A DNA stretch of 64,000 nucleotides from an uncultured Candidatus Saccharibacteria bacterium (lineage in GTDB: Bacteria; Patescibacteriota; Minisyncoccia; Phycocordibacterales; DAORIS01). The position numbers and the translations under genes are program-made. The DNA is taken from positions 461,720-525,719 of the forward strand of contig CAZXUH010000001.1 in NCBI GenBank assembly GCA_964644035.1, written 5' to 3'. Below, one piece after another: positions 58,548 through 64,000 of this stretch; position 1 is the first letter of the stretch; each line of letters starts with the position of its first letter. The notes under the pieces were generated by a model. That model saw nothing but the letters and a program-made list of their open reading frames with translations, ran no database searches and was not told where the DNA came from.

Positions 58548-60503
58548 TTACTTACTTTCCTCCTTTTTCTTAGGCTGAATGCCAAAAATGATAAGCATTT
58601 TTTCGTATTCGTCTCTTTCAATCGTTTCTTCTTCCATGAGACGAGTTGCGATCGTATCTACAAGCTTACGATGTTTAGAAATAATATCCTCAGCCTTCTT
58701 CAATCCTTCATGCATAATACGAGACACTTCAGAATCTATTTCTGCACTGACTCTTTCTGAATATTCTCCATCTTCTCTTCCCCTACCGAAGAGCGCTCTA
58801 CCACCTTCGCCTTCGAGAGCCACGGGGCCGAGTTTGTCCGACATGCCATAGCGAGTGACCATGTCACGAGCGAGAGCAGTCGCGACCTGCAAGTCATTGG
58901 AAGGACCAGTCGTGAGATCACCATAAATAATTTTCTCTGTCACATATCCACCAAGAGACATGGCAATATCATCGAGAAATTCTTTCTTCGACTGAAGCTT
59001 GCGATCTTCAAGAGGAAGTTTGAGCGTATACCCTGCTGCTCTACCTCGAGAAATGATTGAGATTTTGTGCACAGGATCAGCAAATGGAAGTACCGAAGCG
59101 ACGACAGCATGACCAGCTTCATGATACGCAGTGAGTTCTTTCTCTCTTTTTGAAAGAACATGACTTTTTCTTTCAGGACCGAGCATGACTTTTTCTATCG
59201 AGCGTATGAGATCGTATTGAGAAACCTTTTTTCTATTTTCTCGTGCTGCTAAGATTGCTGCTTCATTCATAAGTGAGTACAAATCCGCACCAGAAAATCC
59301 TGGGGTGCGTTCTGCGACCACATCGAGATTGAAATCTTCGGCAAATGGCTTCTGTCGAGCATGAATCTTGAGAATCTCTACACGATCATGTCTATCAGGA
59401 AGATCAATTGTCACCCTTCGATCAAAACGTCCTGGTCGCAAGAGTGCAGGATCGAGGACATCAGGACGGTTTGTAGCCGCCATCACTATCACCTTTTCAT
59501 TTGGTTCAAATCCATCCATTTCGACAAGAATCTGGTTCAATGTCTGCTCACGTTCGTCATTGCCACCACCTACTCCCGTACCGCGCACGCGTCCTACTGC
59601 ATCGATTTCATCGACGAAAATAATAGCTGGCGCAGCGTGCTTAGCGAGCTTGAAGAGATCACGCACACGACTTGCTCCAACACCGACAAACATTTCCACA
59701 AATTCCGATCCAGAAATAGAAAAGAACGCCACCTGAGCTTCTCCAGCCACAGCTCGAGCGAGCAATGTCTTACCAGTACCAGGTGCACCCATCAAAATAA
59801 TACCCTTTGGAATCCGTGCACCAATATCGATAAATTTCTTTGGATTTTTCAGAAAATCGACGATCTCCATCAATTCTTCTTTGGCTTCTTTTGCACCAGC
59901 TACGTCCTTGAACGTTACTCTCTGATTTTTATCTTCCGGATCGATCAAGCGTGCTTTTGACTGACCAAAAGTAAATGCCTGCATACCCGATCCACGCATT
60001 TGTCGCATGAGGAACCAAATAAATACTACGAGAAATACAAGTGGAATGAGAAATGGCAATAGATTGACTGCCCAATATCCAAAACCCGTATCATCTTTGA
60101 CACTTATCTTCACACCAGCAAGTGCTTCTTTGGAAACACCGTAGTTTGAGAGCGTATCGGTGAGTGCTGTTCCCTCTTCTTTCTTTGCTGTCTTCGTTGT
60201 TGCAGGGATTGTGGGTTCAGTAGAACTTGCATTGATTACTTCGGGATACGAGATAACAAGATTGTCTCCAGTAACTTCTATCGATGAGACCTGACCGTTG
60301 GCAATATCGGCTGCGAGTTCTGAGATAGAAATCTGATTCTTACTATCACTGTGAGATGAGATCAGGCTGTAGCTGGCAATGATAAGTATAAAAATGACAA
60401 AGGCAGTCATTAGATTGCTCCAGAAACTCCTCTGCTTAGGTTGTTCGGGCTTCTGCACTGGTGGAAACGGAGGTTGTTTTTTATTGAAATTTTTTAGTGG
60501 CAT
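58548..60503 (-). CDS. ftsH: ATP-dependent zinc metalloprotease FtsH
   Basis: 2 [48 protein letters not shown]; start trimmed to MPLKN. Confidence 0.97.
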   Translation of the reverse strand: MPLKNFNKKQPPFPPVQKPEQPKQRSFWSNLMTAFVIFILIIASYSLISSHSDSKNQISISELAADIANGQVSSIEVTGDNLVISYPEVINASSTEPTIPATTKTAKKEEGTALTDTLSNYGVSKEALAGVKISVKDDTGFGYWAVNLLPFLIPLVFLVVFIWFLMRQMRGSGMQAFTFGQSKARLIDPEDKNQRVTFKDVAGAKEAKEELMEIVDFLKNPKKFIDIGARIPKGIILMGAPGTGKTLLARAVAGEAQVAFFSISGSEFVEMFVGVGASRVRDLFKLAKHAAPAIIFVDEIDAVGRVRGTGVGGGNDEREQTLNQILVEMDGFEPNEKVIVMAATNRPDVLDPALLRPGRFDRRVTIDLPDRHDRVEILKIHARQKPFAEDFNLDVVAERTPGFSGADLYSLMNEAAILAARENRKKVSQYDLIRSIEKVMLGPERKSHVLSKREKELTAYHEAGHAVVASVLPFADPVHKISIISRGRAAGYTLKLPLEDRKLQSKKEFLDDIAMSLGGYVTEKIIYGDLTTGPSNDLQVATALARDMVTRYGMSDKLGPVALEGEGGRALFGRGREDGEYSERVSAEIDSEVSRIMHEGLKKAEDIISKHRKLVDTIATRLMEEETIERDEYEKMLIIFGIQPKKKEESK

Positions 60504-60600
60504 AGGCGCAGTATACACAATTTTCTCCCATAAAAAAAATAAACGCCTCCGCAAAAAATTCATAAGAATCTTTCTTGGAGGCGTTGTGTACGTAGCGTAT

Positions 60601-61164
60601 CTACTCACCTCGAACCATACCAGCTTGAATGAGCAAATACTCCATGATCGGTTCGAGCTTATCGAGACACTTACGAGCACCAACAGGATGCCACTTAGGA
60701 TCCTTTGATGTCTTGTCGAGGATAGGCTCGAAACCAGGAGGCACGAGCATCTTCCAGACATGCATCCGCGTATGAGCAGCAGGCAATGGTCCTTCTTCGT
60801 TTTCAGACGATGGATTGAAGACATCTTGCTGATGACTGAATTCGATCTGCTTAATCTGTTCGGGTCTCAGACCTGCCTCACGCTTGGCAAGCCGATACAA
60901 AGCATCTTTAGACCGCTCACCTATCCGCTGCCGCCCGCCAAAAATCCAGCGCACATCGGACCACATGCCGCCAACGCGAGTGATGAGTAAGTATTCGTAA
61001 CGCTTGAGAACATCATTGTGCCGTATCAAAATGAAATCGTCGGTCGGTATGACCGTATTGGCCAAGATCGTCCTATACACCTCTGCATTGAGATGTCCCT
61101 TGTCCATCTGGGCCAATTTTTCATCGTTGGCAAACATTAATGCCTGTAACTTTTTCGGGTCCAT
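60601..61164 (-). CDS. Nudix hydrolase (GDP-mannose mannosyl hydrolase-like variant box)
   Basis: W..GGR...GE....AL.RL.KREAGL; long-loop terminator 60541-60585. Confidence 0.7.
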   Translation of the reverse strand: MDPKKLQALMFANDEKLAQMDKGHLNAEVYRTILANTVIPTDDFILIRHNDVLKRYEYLLITRVGGMWSDVRWIFGGRQRIGERSKDALYRLAKREAGLRPEQIKQIEFSHQQDVFNPSSENEEGPLPAAHTRMHVWKMLVPPGFEPILDKTSKDPKWHPVGARKCLDKLEPIMEYLLIQAGMVRGE

Positions 61165-61298
61165 ACGTCCCAGCCTTTCTAAGGTGTGAAAAGAGCACTG
61201 TTCTTGAACTAAAATTATTTTATCACGAAAAAATAGAAAGGTCAATTATTTGTGACAACAAAAAACCACCTCTTTCGAGGTGGCTTCTTGTTTGGAGC

Positions 61299-61496
61299 TT
61301 ATGCTCGCTGTACGTTCACAGCGTTTGGACCCTTTGGAGAGTCTTCAACCTGGAAAGTAACGGTATCGCCTTCGCGAAGTTCATCGAACTGTACGCCGAC
61401 GAGGCCATTGCTGTGGAAGAACAAGTCCTTACCACCGTCTTCAGTACCGATGAAACCGAAACCCTTGGGCATGATTTTCTTGATTGTGCCTTTCAT
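61299..61496 (-). CDS. Cold-shock protein
   Basis: KGFGFI, DLFFH, KGPNAVNV; promoter TTGACA-N17-TAGTGT; terminator 61262-61287. Confidence 0.95.
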   Translation of the reverse strand: MKGTIKKIMPKGFGFIGTEDGGKDLFFHSNGLVGVQFDELREGDTVTFQVEDSPKGPNAVNVQRA

Positions 61497-61697
61497 GTGA
61501 TTGGTTTATTGGTTATTAAAATACAAATAGTGTACGTTTAGGAATTCAACCTTGTTTGAACCATAACTCTTTGCCGCTCAACACTAGGATATAAAGCTCG
61601 CACTGTCAACTAGCTTGGGACTGAGCTGAAAAGAAAAAGCCGCAGATCAGTCATTGCGACTTTTCTGCGGCTTGAACTTAAAAACTCTAGGATACCC

Positions 61698-61955
61698 TCA
61701 GTTGCGGTGCTTGGCCTGCTCTCGCTTGCGCTCGATGACGGCACGGGCCATCTTCTGAAAATCGTTCATCTCGTCTGTCGGCATGGTTGCTATGATTCTG
61801 GCGGCGCGACCCAAGCTGGAGACCTTTTCCCGATCGGCAGTACCGGCTTCGAGATCGATTCCGGCCAGAGCCAGTGCCTTCGCTTGCTCGGGGTCCTTCT
61901 TCACTGCGTCACGGAAATGCTTCAGGACGTGAGGAGGCAAATTAACAGTGCCCAT
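61698..61955 (-). CDS. Orphan hypothetical protein
   Basis: AAGGAG SD, own promoter, terminator 61637-61673; GC-rich. Confidence 0.6.
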   Translation of the reverse strand: MGTVNLPPHVLKHFRDAVKKDPEQAKALALAGIDLEAGTADREKVSSLGRAARIIATMPTDEMNDFQKMARAVIERKREQAKHRN

Positions 61956-61993
61956 TGAATCTCCTTCTGTGAGTTTGTTATTGATCTTTTTTA

Positions 61994-62021
61994 ATTATAG
62001 CACATTTAGTAGTTTTGTCAA
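61994..62021 (-). promoter_or_regulatory. Consensus sigma70 promoter
   Basis: TTGACA-N16-TATAAT with extended TG. Confidence 0.7.
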
Positions 62022-62022
62022 C

Positions 62023-62226
62023 TTATTTCTGATACTCCAAAATATCCCCCGGCTGGCATTGCAAGGCTTTGCAAATCGCTTCGAGAGTCGAAAATCTGAC
62101 CGCCTTTGCCTTTCCATTTTTCAAAATAGAAAGATTGGCCATGGTGATTCCAACTTTTTCTGTGAGTTCGGTGACGCTCATTTTCCGTTTGGCCAGCATC
62201 ACGTCTATGTTAATGATGATTCCCAT
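62023..62226 (-). CDS. Cro/C1 HTH regulator (YozG-like)
   Basis: DVMLAKRKMSVTEL..KVGITMANLSILKNGKAKAVRFSTL.AIC.AL.CQPGDILE. Confidence 0.92.
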   Translation of the reverse strand: MGIIINIDVMLAKRKMSVTELTEKVGITMANLSILKNGKAKAVRFSTLEAICKALQCQPGDILEYQK

Positions 62227-62236
62227 AATATTTTAT

Positions 62237-62719
62237 TTAGACGGTTAAGTCGTTCTCAGATTTAATATCTATTGCATTCTGTACGAGCTTCTGAAGAACA
62301 GCTGCAAACACAGCAACTACAAGTGGCGCACAAACAAATGCCATTCCTATAGGTACAGCACCTGGAGCATCGTCAGCCTCTGCTACCCAAAAGAAAAGTG
62401 GAATGGCCCCCGAAAAAACTACTGTCATAGCAATCGCAGCGTATTTAATATGCTTTAGAGCATTGACTGACAAATCTGAGAAAGCTTTGTTCTTATCGAT
62501 ATAGCTGAGTAGTTTAAACGTTTCCCATATAGCAATGAAGAAAGTTACTGTCGCAGCATACAGACCAGCCAAAATCATGCTCGGCGAGTATGGCATACCT
62601 GGAAATTCTGCCACTATCCCCCTACTTGCTGGTGGAAAGGCAAAGATGCATAGAGCAAGTACTCCTAATGTTGCGAGCACAAGCACTCCTCTCAAAAATA
62701 ATGTTGACCCTTGTTTCAT
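62237..62719 (-). CDS. DUF2975 (YoaS-like) membrane protein
   Basis: LLSYIDKNKAFS..SV.ALK.IK, DDAPG, AIDIKSENDLTV; paired with a YozG-like HTH. Confidence 0.9.
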   Translation of the reverse strand: MKQGSTLFLRGVLVLATLGVLALCIFAFPPASRGIVAEFPGMPYSPSMILAGLYAATVTFFIAIWETFKLLSYIDKNKAFSDLSVNALKHIKYAAIAMTVVFSGAIPLFFWVAEADDAPGAVPIGMAFVCAPLVVAVFAAVLQKLVQNAIDIKSENDLTV

Positions 62720-62760
62720 AATGATTGCTTATTTGTTAATGAAATAAGCCTAACATATCA

Positions 62761-62779
62761 TTTATCGTTTAGCAATAAA
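62761..62779. promoter_or_regulatory. Putative operator palindrome upstream of the DUF2975-HTH operon
   Basis: TTTATCG-TTTAG-CAATAAA imperfect palindrome. Confidence 0.45.
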
Positions 62780-62892
62780 TATATATTGTTAATATATACA
62801 TAGCAGTCCTAGGAAAATTTCACAACGAAAAAGCCACGGAACTGCTGTAGCTTTTCCGTGGCCTATATACCAATACTGAAGACCAGTGAATA

Positions 62893-63240
62893 TTAGCCGC
62901 GCTTGAAACCCAGAGTGACAATGTATGGCTCAAATTTATTCTCGAGCCACGAATCAAACTCATCCTGGGAATCAAATGGTGCTTCCTCCATCTGACCGAT
63001 ATCAACTTCAGCATCCACCCGATGCTTTATAATTCCGCCCTCACCGATCCCGTGGTGGACATGAATTACCTTGGCATTGATGGATTGAATTGATACCGAC
63101 GCAACAGTATTGATCCCAAGAAATTCTCCAATTCTTGGCAAAGCCGGAGTTGAAAGTTGCCTGTGAAAAAAGATGGTCATTGTATCAATTTTCACATTCT
63201 TGTACTGACCCACAAATTCAATGTTGGCTTCAAATTTCAT
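62893..63240 (-). CDS. Orphan hypothetical protein
   Basis: Promoter TTGACT-N17-TATAAT (63373-63345), GAAGGT SD-like sequence, terminator 62830-62864. Confidence 0.55.
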   Translation of the reverse strand: MKFEANIEFVGQYKNVKIDTMTIFFHRQLSTPALPRIGEFLGINTVASVSIQSINAKVIHVHHGIGEGGIIKHRVDAEVDIGQMEEAPFDSQDEFDSWLENKFEPYIVTLGFKRG

Positions 63241-63509
63241 ACTATATACCTTCTCAGATCGGACAGTGGTCCAGATCAATCGTGCATGTGTCGACATGCT
63301 TTTATCACGATTTCGAAACGAAAAGAAGGTCCTTTCTGGTGTATATTATACACTATATAATTATTTAAGTCAATATATTGGAGATGGCTTGGGAAAATCA
63401 GCATTGATTCTATTACATTATCTGATGTAATTCCAAGGTTGAAATAAAAAAACCGCGAGAGGTCGTAGAGAATTGAATCTCTTATGACTTTCTCGCGGCG
63501 TGATCGGTT

Positions 63510-63824
63510 TCAAGCAGGAATAAGTTCGACCGAGTCGAGGTTCCTCCAGAGATACTTCTGAAAACGAGCTGCGTTGAATTTGTCTCTGGTAAACACGACC
63601 CAGGTTCGGTCGCGAACACGGTTCCATCGCTTGAATGCTCCGCAGGTTAGGAGCCTATCAAAGGATTCTGTATCTGGAAAACCAAAATATCCCCGATCGA
63701 TGAGATTGTTGAAACAAGACATGGCCGTCTCGATTTGATCATGCGAAACTTTTTTGAACACAAGCTTAAGCTTGGTCCCCTTCACAACCTGGTCAACAAT
63801 TTTCTGAAGTTTGGTTTTATCCAT
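63510..63824 (-). CDS. Orphan hypothetical protein
   Basis: GGAGGT SD; long terminator CCGCGAGA..TCTCGCGG (63453-63498). Confidence 0.6.
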   Translation of the reverse strand: MDKTKLQKIVDQVVKGTKLKLVFKKVSHDQIETAMSCFNNLIDRGYFGFPDTESFDRLLTCGAFKRWNRVRDRTWVVFTRDKFNAARFQKYLWRNLDSVELIPA

Positions 63825-64000
63825 TAAGTACCTCCAGTATGAATGTTTCTTATAGATCCTTGATAGTAACGACTACCTAGGAACAACTACAATTATAGTA
63901 ACATAATTATATAAAAAGTCAATGATTAGGCTAAATCAACTGCTTAACATCACCTTCCCACTTAAGTTTTAGATAAGATGCCTATTCCTAAAAGCAAAGC

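Noticed and set aside
60504-60824. 107-aa N-terminal extension of FtsH
   Set aside because: It overlaps the Nudix gene and its terminator; ATG 60503 has a -10 box 6 nt upstream.

Overview
This 64-kb window is gene-dense, mostly minus-strand bacterial chromosome. Gene content suggests a Patescibacteria/CPR (Parcubacteria-like) organism; that assignment is inferred. Core genes are pyrG, ftsEX, a shortened prfB, gatCA, ligA, recG, a mutY-like glycosylase, ftsH and pepF. The window also has a type IV pilus/competence cluster (pilM-N-O, pilB, pilT, pilC, pilins, pilD, minor pilins, comF), three ABC exporter sets and 8 tRNA genes. I found no CRISPR array, rRNA, integrase or transposase. The most unusual observations are: (1) a DUF559 nuclease gene bounded by palindromic purine/pyrimidine repeats, with a ~102-bp solo copy lying inverted on the far side of two pilin genes; (2) a structured element showing covariation downstream of two different tRNA genes, each ending in a copy of that tRNA's own 3' end; (3) an integrase-less redox cassette at tRNA-Gln with a degenerate att duplication and repeated arm-like motifs; (4) a tRNA with a UAU (Ile) anticodon and an atypical initiator tRNA; (5) a split between apparently leaderless core genes and dispersed, SD-led, self-terminated orphan genes; (6) two candidate sRNAs flanking ogt. 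Family assignments come from motif recognition only; no database searches were run.
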